The notes below the pieces were generated by a model. The model ran no database searches, was not told where the DNA came from, and saw nothing but the letters and a program-made list of their open reading frames with translations. A DNA stretch of 64,000 nucleotides from the human T2T-CHM13v2.0 reference genome, Homo sapiens, in the NCBI RefSeq assembly GCF_009914755.1, contig NC_060928.1; one strand, given 5' to 3'. Below are positions 15,481-30,440 of this stretch, in pieces. The position numbers and the translations under genes are program-made. Position 1 is the first letter of the stretch. Every line of letters begins with the position of its first letter.

Positions 15481-15977
15481 GGTGTTTTGTAAATGATTTA
15501 AAAGTTCCACCCCCAACATCCAGTAGGGTCCCTAGCTCCGCTGCGTTCCCAATTAATTTATTTCGTTATATCCCTCCGTTCCTGCTTTCCGAAAGGACAG
15601 GGGATGTCATGGCCCAGAGACCCAAAAGAATGAAAGGTGGCAGTGAAGATGGGGTCTGAAAGGCTATGAGATGATTTCGTGCTATGAGGTGTCTGAGTGA
15701 ATTCCAGTTCGAGCTGTCTTGCTCTTCAGAGTAGCAGATACATTCAGTGTTGAGTGTACTTTTCTATGGACAACAGGTCACTTGGAAACGCATTAAGAAT
15801 ACAATGTATTTCAGAAGTTATATAGCACAAAGATTTCAAATATTGGCCTCAAATTCAGTTTATTTGGTGAAAAGAGGAAAACAAGTTTACTCAAAGTGTT
15901 TCTTGAGTCCCTAAAGCCTTTCTGTATCTGGTTGACGTGACCCAAAGCCCATATCGCGCAGCTTTAAAAGCTGTTCA

Positions 15978-16480
15978 GTGTATCTATTACTGCAGAACAA
16001 ATTACCCCCAAATTTAGTGGCTTCAAACAGCATAAACATTGATCATCTCTCACAGTTTCTGTGGGTCCGAAATGTGGGAGCACTGGCTGGGTGATTCTGG
16101 TGTCGGGTTACTCATGAGGCTCCGTTCAGATGTCAGCCAGGTCTGCCTTCAGCTGAATGCTTGTGTAGAGGTGGAGGATCCACTTCCAGGGTGGCTCACT
16201 CACTGCTTGCCAGGTAGGGCTGGTTGTTGGTGGGAGGCCTCAGTTCCCTTCCATGGGTGCTTCCAATACAGCTGCGGGATTCCCCCAGAACAAGTGATGA
16301 AAGAAAACAAAGCAGAGGCTGCAGTGCTCTTTACCGCCAGCTTCAGAAGTCACATGCCATCACATCTGTAATATCCTACTGGTCACACAGGTCAGCCCTA
16401 TTCAGGGTAGGAGTCCAAGGACACGAACGCCAAGGAGTAAGGATCACTGGGGCTCATCTTAGAGTCGGCTATGACAGCTG
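15978..16480 (-). mobile_element. MLT1-type LTR
   Basis: aaattacccccaaatttagtggcttcaaac...tctcacagtttctgtgggt...ggatcactggggctcatcttag. Confidence 0.7.
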
Positions 16481-17017
16481 TTAATACAGCCAGCTATCAT
16501 TGCCCATTTGTAGGCCTAACTTTATTTTATTCTTTATTTGTGAAGATGCAGAATTGCCTCCTGGACTGAATTCTGGGGATGAGGGCTGACAACATCCCAG
16601 ATTGTAATAAGTGGCTGCTCCAGGGATGACAGGGGTTCAAAGAGACAGGATGGTATGAAAACAGTCTGTGAACTGCAAGTCTCATGGACCCGATTCTAGT
16701 GTCAGCTCTGTCAGTGGTCACTTTTGCTCAGTGACTCTCAGTCCCCTCATCTGTAACATGCCTTGCTTATCTTTCCCTTGGATTTGTTGTGAGGCTCAAA
16801 AATGAGAAAATGTTAAATAAAAATGTGTTTTGCTATATAAATGTCAGATACTGTTATTATTCTATTACGAAGGGCCCCCAATGCTACAAGCTGTTGTACA
16901 AAATTTCCAGGCCCTAGGCCTCTCCATCAAGCATCTTAGTGCATAAGTGAGAAGAATCTTTCTTTCATTTTCTCTTTGTCTCTCTCTCAATAACATTATA
17001 TTGATCCACTTCATAGG

Positions 17018-17494
17018 CAGTGGTATGCTGGAGCTGGCTCGTAATGACTCACAGGAGCTGATTGTTAAATTTTGTAAACCAATTTTTAAATTCCAGCTAT
17101 TATTAAAAGTTAAATTATATAAACCTACAATTATGTTAACAACAAAGGTAATTAATACTCCAAACTCATCACTTTCTAATTATTTTATTAGGTTGGTGAA
17201 AAGGCAATCACGGTTTTTGTCATTAAAAGCAAAAACCGTGATTGCTTTTGCACCAACCTCAGTACTACATTTCACTGCTGTCTATGCACTTGAGGTTATT
17301 TACATCTGTTGTAGCTGTGTGGTGAAGATGCTGCATAGTGGTATGTTACTGCGCATCTCTTCCCAGCTGTGTTCAGTGCTGTCATGTTGGTAGCTTGAAA
17401 TTAGCCATGATGAGTGGGTTTGCCTTGAGAAAATGGACAAATGCTACAAATCAGGACCAGGGAGGCAGTTGTTAAATTAACCAGCACAACACTG
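17018..17494. mobile_element. MER63-like hAT element
   Basis: TIRs cagtggtatgctgg ... ccagcacaacactg. Confidence 0.7.
17186..17264. mobile_element. MADE1 (Hsmar1 MITE) nested in MER63
   Basis: ttaggttggtg...caccaacct palindrome with TA flanks. Confidence 0.9.
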
Positions 17495-20400
17495 CTCGTG
17501 GGACTATTGAGAGAAATTTGAAGTCTTATACAAGTTTAGCAAAGATTTGTGATTTTTTTTTTTGACTGCCCAGAATCCACACACCTCCACTCTAAGCACC
17601 ACATGTTCCTACGGATGGAATTCTCCATTTTATGTAATCTTGGCAAGAAGACAGATCCCAGTGCCTACTTTCCCTTGCCACCTCCTGTTATGGAAACCAA
17701 GGGGATCAGATATATCTTTTACCCACTCCTGATACAGTGTGGGGAGGAGGGCAGGAAGAGCTATGCCAGAAATTTAGCTAAATATCCTTGTCTCCAGTAC
17801 TCTGAATCTTGGGAGTTGACAGAACAGGAGGAATGTTCGGAAGTCAGATGCATCCCCGTTGCACAGGCAATCTGAGTGCCAGAACAGTCCCAAGAGTGAC
17901 CTAGCCATGGCTACTGCTACCTGCTTCGACAGCATCCTCAACTCCTGGCCCAGACTGGGCCCTCCTGCTTTCTTTCCATTCCGTAACCTTCCACTGGCTT
18001 TCCAGGAAATCTTGCTGCGAGGCAGAGTGGTTAGCGCCAGTTTTCAAAGGAGAATGCTAACCAATTAAGAAAGCATTGCTTAAGTACTTTGCACATGTTA
18101 AGCACTCTTAATTAACGAGGTGTTTGGTCGGAAAGGCATGTGATTTGGCACATTGCCATCCAGATATCCAAGGTATCTAAGGATGAAAACTGAAGCATGG
18201 AGAGGTTAAGTGACTTGCTGAAGACCACACCGCTGGCAAGTGGCAGGAGAGGGATGTGAACCCAGGAAGTCTGGCTCCAGAGCCTGCACTCCCAACCCTC
18301 ATGATTGTACTGCCTCTCAGGGAAAAGTATACTTTTGTGTGCATGACCAACAAATTAATCACCATATTTTTTCTTTTGAGCGTCAGACTAAAAAGAAACA
18401 CATTTCAAGAGACATATGCCTTCTGCATCTCAGCTCCTACTTTTGAAATCTTGAAGGTCAGAACTTCAAATGAGCCAGTGTTTGCCTGCAGAATGCTGTG
18501 GGAAAAGGCCAACGGATGAAGGTTTTATGTTGCCAAGCTCAACCCATGTCAGCCTTTCTAACCATAACTATTTAGATTATCCATTTATCTGAGCAGCTTA
18601 AATGGATTTATAGGTTATAGGTGTTAACTAATAAATTCTTATATTCACTCTCCGTAGAATTTGTATTTAAAATAATATTGCTGCCACGAAAAATAACATA
18701 TTACATTTAGTGGATGCTCCCAATGTTTTTCAGCCTCTGGTCATATTTATGTATCTCATAAAAGGCTCTGAACTTCAGTTTATATTGTATAAATGACTCC
18801 ATATGAATAAAGCAGAATCTTTCTCTTCCTAAAGATGCTCATTAATGGAAATTCATAGAAAGAAAACCCAAGCATTTTAAAAAGCAGAAAGGATACTCAC
18901 TATAGATAAGAGCATTGCTGCTTCCAGCAACTAAAAGATGCACAAATGGGTAGGTGGAGGGAGCTGTGTCACTACAATCTCATCCGGCTGCCCACAGTGT
19001 GGACCACACATACACTCCCACTAACAGCGTGCCTCGTCCCCCACTCAGAGTTAGACTTCATGCATCTTTCATCTTCTCAGTCTCCTCCCTGTGGGTCTCA
19101 AAACAACTAGATATTGCCCCGGAGCTGCCCAAGGTCTTAGCCTATGGACCTCTATGGCATGGGCAAGATGAGGGTTCCCCTTCCCTTTCCCACCTTATTC
19201 CTCCCCACTCTCACCTCTTATAGGAAGCAGGTATTTGATCATAACAAGCATCATAGATATTTATGAGAAATGATTAATGCCAGGAACAGAAAGGTTTATG
19301 TGTCTTGTAAATGTGCTTCTATAAAGTGTCTAAACACCTAAGAAGACACCTAGAAAGGGCTGTAAAAATCTACTGTCACAATCCTACCTGGACTTACCTG
19401 TTGTGGGAAACTGGAGGATGGAAGCAGCTTCCCCAGGAGAAGGGCAGGATAAGATTGGGAGACAAGAGAAAAAGAGATTTCCGGGCACCTGTCTGAGGCT
19501 GACTCAACTTGGCCTGACATGAACCCCTCCAAAAAACAAATGTTTTGCAACATGCTCTGGACTTGAGATGTGTTGTTAACCTGGCTGGTAAGACAGGTTC
19601 TTAAGTAACAGCACACCTTCCCAGGTACTGCAGGCCATAAGAACTGCTTAGATGGGATCACCTTAAAGCACCCATGCATGTGCTGCATGTGCTGGAGATG
19701 AGGTCCATACCCCTTGGAAGCTTCCAGGCCCTAGGACACTGTCCTCGCTAGTTAGGACCTGAATCAGCCCCAATGATCTTGGTGACTCCAATGGCCCAGA
19801 AATATCCCAGCCATACTATTCACGCCTCTGTGGCACCTCATCTCCCTTGCTTCTGCCCCGTACACAAAAACACCACCATGTTCATTTCTGTGGAGGAGAT
19901 ACAAACTGGGCCTCTTTGAAATTGCTCCTTGTTTATACTCTTTATCACCCCTACAACCCTCTAGATCAGAATTAGAAAGGCTAAGAGAATGTTTGCTGCT
20001 ATAGGAGAACAGAAAAGTGAATTGTTCTGCCTGAGGGAGTTGTATAAAGTTCATCAGCTGTTACTGTAACACCCCATGACAGGATTTGCTCTTTACACCT
20101 TCACCTCTTCCCAGATCCCATCCTCAAATGAATGACTTCAGCAGTTATACAGGGCATATAAAATGAGACGCTCTTCAGGAAATAAGTAAAATTTATGTGA
20201 TAAGCTATTTAAATTTCATGTAACCATTTAGGAATTCCAGTGAGAAGGAAGTAAGGACGGGTGGGAGGAAGGGAGAGAGGGAGAAAGGGAGAAAGGGAGG
20301 GAGGGAAGACAAAGAAAAGAAATCTAATAAAGAAATTTACTGGAGGGGTATGTGGGAGATAGTCCTATGTGGGTAGCCCTTGAAATCCGGAATTCACCAC

Positions 20401-23092
20401 TAAGAATAGTTTTGTGAAAAATACTCTGGATTCTGTCCTTGATTTAGAATGTCTTTAAACACAGCAGAAGATACACTAAGTCTGTTCAATATTGGAAAAG
20501 AAAAATATTAAGTGACAGATTGTAATTGCAGCCAAATGCTATATCTTCAGTTTGGATTCTGCAGTAAATTAACAGGAACATTGAAAAAAGTCAGTGTGAC
20601 TGTGGCCAACCCTGGACTTGATCAATACTATGTCATGTAGCAAAATAAAGAATCTGAGCATTATCGAGCAATGTATCTTTTGTTCAGCATAACTTTAATG
20701 GCAGTGGAGAAACTGTTGCTGCTGATGACAGGTCTGCAAGCTCCTGCACGAGTTGACGATGAAGAGCGTTGAGCTTGCACACACACACAAGACAAAAATT
20801 GGGCAGTCCAGAGGGGGGAAAGGAATAATAAAAGTAGATTTTGTCTGTAACTCCTACATCCTTACTGAAACACCAGCTTGTGAGATCTAACCACCTCAAC
20901 ACCTAGGGCTTGCACTCCCAGACCTCATGACCCAATCTGCCTTCCAGACATGTGCAGGTAGACACTGTGGCACAGACTGGCAGCAAACACACTTGGGTTC
21001 CAGTCCCAGCCCTAGATACTCGGCCTTTTACTACACCATATACTGTAGTGCTGCAAGTGGCAACAAGACTTTATTTCGATATCTACCTCTTCTCCATGCA
21101 TCCCATGTGACTTAGAGGAAACCGTTCCAGGGAAGTGGGTCCAGAATGGTCTAAAATGCATTCAGGGAATATGAAGTTTTGTTGTTTTTTTTTTGGTCCA
21201 GGAGGGCACATCTGATGTAAATTGATCTAATCTAACTGAAGTCTTACAGTGTCTAAAAAAGAAAATAAAACCACTATAAGTATCTAAAGTAGGGGAATTT
21301 AATACTGTTTAAGCTAGTAAAATTAGTTACAAGGCTGTTGAATGGTAGAAGGAGTAAAAAGGAGACAGTAAGTTTACCACAAGATTGTAGCTCTCCTGGA
21401 CTAGAGAAGCAAAGGGGAAAATGGGATTACACAGAGCCCATGATCACTGTGTCAGGAAAGCCCCCACAGTGTCTATGGCTGCTGCTGCCAGTGGAGAAGT
21501 CTAATCTCCCAACTGGATCCGAGGACTGGGCTCACCAGCCACCTCCCAAGACACCACCAGAAGCCAGAAAACAAAGAAGTCTTCTCCCTTTCGCTCATCT
21601 TCCAACATCCTGGCAGTGCCTCCCATTATGACATTACCTGATGGGAAGCTGGGTGGCGGGGGAGTCTAGGCTCTCAGCAAGATGGTCGAGAGGAGAGAAG
21701 GGCAGGAATGAAGCTGAAATACAACAGGCATTACCCAGCACAGGAAGTACACATGATCCACGCACTGGGGAGAAGGTTCTCTCCCATGCATGTCAAATAT
21801 AAGTAAATAAGAATGGCAGCCCAGTTTCTGGTGGCGGCCACCTTATGTCCATGGGGAGAACCAGCCACAGCTGAATTGATAAATGGCACATCAGAGAGAA
21901 CCTGATTCCCTGGTGGCACTATTGGGCCAGTAAATCCATCAATCTTGAAGGCTTGCCTACTGCTGGGCATTCTATTTTGTACAAAAATGCATTTCATTAT
22001 TGTTTAAGCTGGTTTGAGTTTGATTATTTTGAACTGCTGGAGGCACCCTAAGATATATTCAAAAGCCTCAGTTTTCTTATCTGTCAAATGGGGTAATAGC
22101 ATGTTAATGACATCTACTTGAATAAGGCTGTTGTAACTGTTAAATGGAATAATACGTGTAAAGCACCTGGCATTTAGTAAGCACCTAACAAATGACAGTT
22201 TGTGTTATTATTATTACTATCATTTTTAATGGAGGTAACAATATTTCTAACTGTTTTGCCATGCAAATATTGTTTAATAATAAATGTGGTCAGCCACTCC
22301 AGGCCAGCCCTCCATCCCTGCCATATACAGCTTTCCATGCTGAGGGCTTCATACCACCATCCACCACACAGTTTCCACCTCCCTTTTTTCCTCCTCGTAA
22401 GAACACTGGAGCCACCACCAGGACCTGGAGACTGGATCAATCTGGAGCTCTTCATCTCCCATGGGTCTACTTTCCATACCTCACTATGGAAGCAGTAGGA
22501 TGATGTGGAGAGGAACCATGCTGAGAAACTGGTAAAAGAGCAGAACCAATAAGGTGACCTAATCCTCAGATCATCAGGAAACCAGACCATGAAACTAGGA
22601 GTGTAAGCCCAGTACAAAGGAGTACGTTTACATTTTTTAAAGTATTGTGTCTTTACTGAAATTATCTAAATAGCCCACTGATATTACCCAAATTATGAAA
22701 CAACCCTGGGTTGTGTGACTTTCTTGAGACTCATTATGTGAATGAGCAGGTGTAAGCAGCTTGCATGAAGTGGCCATAGAATCTGGCATGTGGAGCATCT
22801 CTTTGACAAGCCTAGGCTTGAGGCTGGGAACTCATGGCCATGGGGTTGACTTTCCATGGTCACCAATATACTACACACATCTTTGGATTATCTTCACTCT
22901 TCCCATAGACCGTACCAATCTATCTACCTGTTTTTCCCTTCAATATTTGTATCATTCATTTCAATAAAGTAAGTTGCTACTGGAAAAAAAAAGGAAGGAA
23001 TGAAACCCTAGCCCCAGACTCCTTGAGGGGATGGATTTGAGGTTTCCTCCTGTCTCTCCTCCTTGGACCAGGCCAATGATTAAACCTCTTTC

Positions 23093-23423
<331 letters not shown>

Positions 23424-24307
23424 TTAGTTCCCAAATGACTCTGATGATTAACTAGATGTGGGAATCACTATTCTAGTTCAACTTCTTTATACTGCAGATA
23501 AAGACCTTGAAACCTAATGAGAATAAGTGACTTACCCAAAGTCAGACACAGAGGAAGTACAAAAGTGAAAACTGCAATTCAGGTTGAGTGTCTGGTAGTT
23601 ATGTCCTTTCCACCAATTGAGAATTCCTTTCTTTTCTTTTTAAACTATGTAGCCATTTTCCTATAGTTAGAATTGTTTTCAAAATGGTAATTTTGCCTCT
23701 GAATTAGAATTAATTAAAACGCACATTGAACTTTTAAAAAATTATTAATTCACAATATAATAGACTGCAGTGTTTTATCTAAGAGAACTCAAAGAAATGA
23801 ATTCTTCAAAAAATAAGACAATTATAATTTTTCAATCAAAAATAATATTAATAATTTTTTAAAGTTTAATGAAAATAATGTTTCTTAATTACCACAGTAC
23901 CTGGAAGTTCTGCAAGTGAATCACTCACTTGAAAGATTTTGAATAAAGCTAACCTTCTCCTGTCTGTGTTAGATCTTCTCCATATGCCTTTCAGGTCTAC
24001 CCTCCACCCTGCTGTGTGTCCCATTAGCTCACATTGATTAGCCACCTCTTGCCCTACACTTTCTGCTAGGCTTTTTCCAAGGGAGGCACCACTGAAGGAT
24101 GGAAGCAGAGAGGGGTTGTGGTATTTATTCCCTGGCCCCTCCCTGCTAGGCTGGAAGTTAATCATAGCCAACTCCCTCCTCTAGAGTCCTCAGTGTCTAG
24201 TAGATGCTGATCTCATCAGGTTCCAGTACCCACCTTCTCCCTTTGCCTCTTTGAGATTATGGATGGTAACAGTTTCCCGCTGTTGCTGTCACCCCTTCAT
24301 TACCATC

Positions 24308-25025
24308 TGCTATGAACTAATTGTTTGCTATAGTCTGAATATGCCCCCCCTCAAAAATTCAGGTGTTGTCAATGTGAGAGTAATAAGAGGTGAGGGTTTA
24401 AGAAGTTATTAGGTCATGAGGGCTCCTCCCCCATGAGTGGAATTAAAACTCTTACAAAAGAGGCTTCTTGCAGCATTCATTTGGCAAGCTTGCCCTTCCA
24501 CCTTCTGCCTTGCTGGGGCACAGCATTCCTCCTCTCAGGAGGATGCAGCCCTCACCAGACAACCAAACTGCAGCAACTTGATCTTGGACTTTTCAGCCTC
24601 CAGAATGGTGAGAAATACATTTATCTTCTTTATAAACTACCCAGTCTCAGATATGCTGTTCCAGCAGCACAAAACAAACTAAGATAATATTTGTGTCCCC
24701 CTGCCCCAATTCATATGTTAAATCCTAATCCTGGAAGCTTAGGAGGTGGACCTTAGATAGACTATTAGGTCATGAGGGCAGCACTCTCACGAATGGGATG
24801 AGTGCCCTTAAAAGAGACCACAGAGCGCTCCCTCACCCCTTCTAATATGTGAGGACACAGTGAGATGACAGCCATCTATGAACCAGGAAGTGGGCCCTCA
24901 CCAGACACATAATCTGAGGGCACCTTGACCTTGTACTTCCCAGCCTCCAAGACTGTGAGAAGTAAGTTGTTTAAGCCACCTAGTCTATGGTATTGTTGGT
25001 ACAGCAACCCAAACAGAGTAAGACA
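24308..25025 (+). mobile_element. MLT1A-like LTR with a nested MST-like LTR (24326-24686)
   Basis: Two tgctat starts and two taagat/ca ends; MaLR motifs duplicated. Confidence 0.7.
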
Positions 25026-25674
25026 CCAACTCTTTGATCACCCCTTTAGAGGATGCCTGGCTCTTGGCAGGCCCCTGAGTGATACTCCACTCAGGCATTT
25101 CTCTTCTGCCTCTGCATTGCTTCGGGGATGGCATTCTAGATGGCTCCACTGTGAATTAGCTGTGTGTCTTCAGGAAAATTGTTTAACCTTTCTGACACTA
25201 AAGTTCATCAACAGTAAAAATAAAACATTGCAGGATTGTTTTAAGAATCAAATGACATATTTATGTTAAAGCATTTTATAATGATAATCTACTACATTAG
25301 AGGTAAAACCAATGATCGATGTTTGTTTTCAATTTTATTAATTTTTATATATAGAAATACATTGTTGAAACTTTGTCTATTTCAAAAAAATTCAGTATAT
25401 TAGGGGACTGAAAGAGAAGCTATTTTATGTACAAATGATGATATGCCTATGCGGTAAACTGAGGAACTAATATTGACTCAATCCCTACTGTCTGGTAAAA
25501 CAATTTCACAGCTTTTTCTGTGGAAATTATGAATCTGCTTGTGTGATGACCTTGATAGAGGGGGTGTTTACATCATCCAGGTGGTCTCCTAAAATACTTG
25601 GAAACATTATAATCCATTTGATTTGCATCTAGGTAAATGTTTCTTATAGACAGCATTTTTTCTTTTCTTTTTCT

Positions 25675-26240
25675 TTCTGAACATGGTAAAATACACTTAA
25701 CATAAAATTTGCCATCCTACTTACTTTTAAGTGTATAGTCCAGTGATATTACATATACTCCCTTTCTCGTGCAACATTACCACCATCCATGTCCAGAATT
25801 TTTCCATCTTGCAAAACTGAAACTCTATGCCCATTAAACAACTGCCCATTTCCTCCTTCCTCCAGCCCGTGGCAACAGCCATTCTAATTTCTGTCTTTAT
25901 GAATTTTACTACTCTAGGTACCTCATATAAGTGGATTCAGTAACTTTCTTTTCTGTGACTGGCTTATTTCACTTAGCATAATGTCCTCAAGTTTCATTCA
26001 TGTTGTAGCATATGTCTGAATCTCCTTCCTTTTTAAGGCTGAATAATATTCTGTGATGGTTAATTTTATGTGTCAGTTGGACTGGGCCCTGGGGTGCCCA
26101 GACATTTAGTCAAACATTATTCCAGGTGTGCCTGTGAGGGTGTTTCTGGAGGACATTAACATTCTCCTCGTGGTTCTGTTTCTCTGGAGAACCCTGACTA
26201 ATACATATTCCATTATTTGCATATGCCACTCCTGTAGATA
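25675..26240 (-). mobile_element. L1M 3' fragment with an internally deleted MLT2 LTR (26052-26205)
   Basis: MLT2 termini tgtgatggttaattttatgtgtca / gagaaccctgactaataca; TSD tattc. Confidence 0.75.
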
Positions 26241-29200
26241 TATTTTATTTTGATTAAAACTACGGTTTCACCATATGATCTGAAACATTAAAGTAATCTA
26301 TTTTAGTCGTAAGTTCTAGGAAAGCATACACATATCCCTCCTGGACTATTTCCTTAGAGTTTAAGTATGTTAACATAGAAAGCCACAATGCTGTTTTGCA
26401 GTTATGAATAATATTTCTACTTAGTTTTCTATATTTAGAGAGGCCAGTTCCACAGTCGCTAAGGTATAGGCTTGGTATGATTGCCTCCGTAATACGTCAT
26501 ATTAGAAGGCCCATTGTCATGAATACCAATTGTGGTTTACAACAGAAACCCTTGGTGAGAGATTCTAAGGCCTCTAGTTGGAAATATATCTGGAAATTAA
26601 TTTTGCTATCCCCTTCATAAACCAGCTATCAAATGACTGCCTACCCAAGCCTCCCTCTGGCTTTCGTATCAGCCATCTGGAAGCCACTGTGAATCTATCC
26701 AAGGAATCTTCTAACTCTCCCCTCTGAAATCATTATTCCCGATTAGAAGCTGCTGGCTTGGAGAGAGAGGCAAGGACTCTTTTTATCACTTTATACTTAA
26801 GTGCTTTGTTGTAGCTTAGTGGCTCTGAACACCTAAACACCAAGATGATCAGCATTATAGAGATGGCCAACCTGAAAGCATTTTTTTCAAGAATTCAAAA
26901 GCTATGGTTATAAATTCACCAACAGGAAATTGTCTTACAGTTGTTGTTGTTTTTTTTTTTAATAACCTGTGAATCATTGTAAAAAGAAAATGTTCTGGGT
27001 GTTTGCGAAACTTGTGTTATTTGAACACTAATACCGTCTTGAGGTTTTCTTTTGCTCCATCACAGATACTGTTGGTTGAACTAAGTGATGCTATTATAGT
27101 CATTACTCAATAATGAAAAAGAGGACTTGTGACATCTGAAGAAAATGCGTATTCCTTGTCACTTGTACACATCTGGCTCTTGTGTGTGGCCCCTCATAAT
27201 CATGGCCTCTTCAAATGCTGTATGGCTGAGCTGGGGGGCTATGATTTTCACTATGCATCACCAAGAATTATGTTTCTCCACCCACCCCAGCTGTGGTTGA
27301 ACCGTTTCTCACCTTTAAGAAGAAATGAACACACAACTCATTATATGAAGCTCAGCACCTGCTACTTACATATTTTTCACATTTAATGTTTTCATCTATC
27401 CTGTGTATCTTGTCAGATGAAAAAGTATTTTGCAAGAGGAAAACAGCTATATATCAGTTTCATCGTTTTGCTGATGCCTTGGTTATATTTACCTGTAAGA
27501 CTTTTCCTCCTTCTCCAAATTTCTTCAGATTTTCTGGTGTTGTGGAAAGAGTATTGGTTGAAAACTTCAGAACCTGGATTCTCACCATCCCCTGCCAGCA
27601 TAAGCCATACAACATCGCACATGTCTTAAACTTCATTGTGGTTCTGTTCCTCAAACTGGGGGATTAAGCATAATTATCTCCAAATCCCTTCTAGTTCCAA
27701 AATTCAAATAGCTTATCATTTTTTACTGCCAAAACAAGGGATGGTGGAAGAGAGAGATTATCAGAATGAGTTGCTGCCAGCTGCCAGGATGACAGAGTAG
27801 GTGGGGAACCCAGACTGCTTTCTTTCAGGGGAGTCATTGGCTCCTGGAAGGGCCTCTGACACATTTGCAGAAGAGGTTCCTTCACGGCTCACTGCTCATT
27901 CCAGCCACGACTTTATTCCTTTTATTAATACATTAAGTAAGTGGGGTTATTCATGTGTCACCTACATATCAGCCACATTTTCACTGTGTGCAAACCACAA
28001 ACAGGACTCAGCACAACATGTTGTTTCCCTCATGGAGAAAAATCACTCCACAAAGCACGACTGAACAATGTAGACAGCACGTGGAGTTGTCTCCTTTTTA
28101 TAACCTTTCTTCCCCAGCAAAGTTGTCACTTCTCCCTCCTTTCCTTTCTTTGTTATGCAGGAAACCTAGGTGCCAACCTGAGCTAATTTCTACCTGTAGG
28201 TTTATCAAATTGCCTTTTAAATAAAATTGCCTCTGCCCCCAAGGAATTCTCCTACTAGCTGAGAAGAAGATATTTTTCCCGAGTATTACACATACCTCTT
28301 CAACTTCTCTGATCCAGCCCAAACCATTTCCAAGTAGAAAAGGATGTGAAAGAAAGAAAGCTATGTTGATAAGACCTCCCACCTATGCTTCTGAGGACAG
28401 GGCTTCATGCACTGTGTGATGGCATGCAGTTTTTAGTCTCTTTCAGGTTATTTATTCAAATAAATAAAAATTCATTTGTACAGGCTTAAGAATGAAACTT
28501 TCCCCATCTCTACCTCCCTGAGAAAAAGGCTTCTCTTCATCTTTAATTTTGAACAAAAAGTGGTCTTATCTTACAAATTCCTTTTTAAATACTAAAGAGC
28601 ATTAATAGAGCATTTTTTGTTATCAAGCATCTGACAATCCATTATTTTATATCTTCTTTAACATCACAATAATTATTTCACAACAGTCTTATAAAGCTAT
28701 TACATTTGGTATGCTATTTGGTATTTACGCATTTCTAATGAGATTTACAGATTTAGTCTGCCAAAGAAATAATGTGATATTTGCTCCCAGCTTCAACACA
28801 AGCAGAATACTAATGTGAAGAATGACTATTTTGTCTACCATCCTGTGATAAACTATTGATAATCATAATTGTAAAATAATTGATACATAATGGCAATGTG
28901 TTTCTACTCTATGAGCTGTATTTTTTAATACTATGAAATTAAATTATGAAATAAGCCTTGTAGAGATGTCAAAATTATACTATCCTAGTGAAATATATAA
29001 GGGATAAAATAGTACTATGTCCTTTCGCTGAACTGTTAAATAAAGACAGTCTTTTTCTAAAGGAAATATACAAATTGTTTAAACTTATCACTGCAGATTC
29101 AACTTTGTCAAAATTTAACAGTTATTAATCTGGTATGTCTAGTATTTTTTAAAGGCATATTGTGGAAAACATTGTTTCATCGTAAAGTGTGGTGACTTAG

Positions 29201-29540
29201 TCCCTGAGGTCTGGAGCCAGCTGCCTAAATTAATAAATCTTGGCTTTACTCCTAACTACCATGTAACTTCAACTCCTGGTGAGTCAGTTGCCTCATCTAT
29301 AAAATGGAGGTAATAATATTACTCTCATCATTGGGTTGTTGTGAAGATTAAGTGGTTTAATACATGTAAAATGCTTAGAACATTGTCAAGAACATAATAA
29401 GCGCTCAATAATGGTTAACTATCATTCTTATTGTTAACATGTCACAAGTCAGGGTATTAACATACCGATGTCAGCGCCAATCTGTAAGCACTCTTGTGAT
29501 GACAGAAACCAGCTGTATGCTTCATTGCTCACCACACTAA

Positions 29541-30045
<505 letters not shown>

Positions 30046-30288
30046 TTGTTTTTTATGTTTACATTTTTGATACATCCAGAATTTAATTTTTGATATGGCG
30101 TAGAGATCCGTCCTTTTTTTTCCATTTGACTACCCAGTTCTCCAAGAATCATTCATTCAGTGAATAATCCATCTTTTCTATTACATTTTCCTTGTTCATT
30201 CACTCTCCACAACCTTCGACCAAAAGTCTTCAAACTAGGTTTCAGATACACCTAAGGGTATATGAAGACTTTCTAAAGGGCACATGAA

Positions 30289-30440
30289 GGTCAGACACAA
30301 TGGCTCATGCCTGTAATCCCAGCACTTTGGGAGGCTGAGGTGGGAGGACCTCTTGAGCCCAGGAATTCAAGAGCAGAGCAGCCTGAGCAAAACAGTGAGA
30401 CCCCCTTCTCTACAAACAAATAAAAATAAATGAATAAATA
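30289..30440 (+). mobile_element. Alu monomer (FLAM/left arm)
   Basis: Alu left-arm consensus with A-rich tail. Confidence 0.75.
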
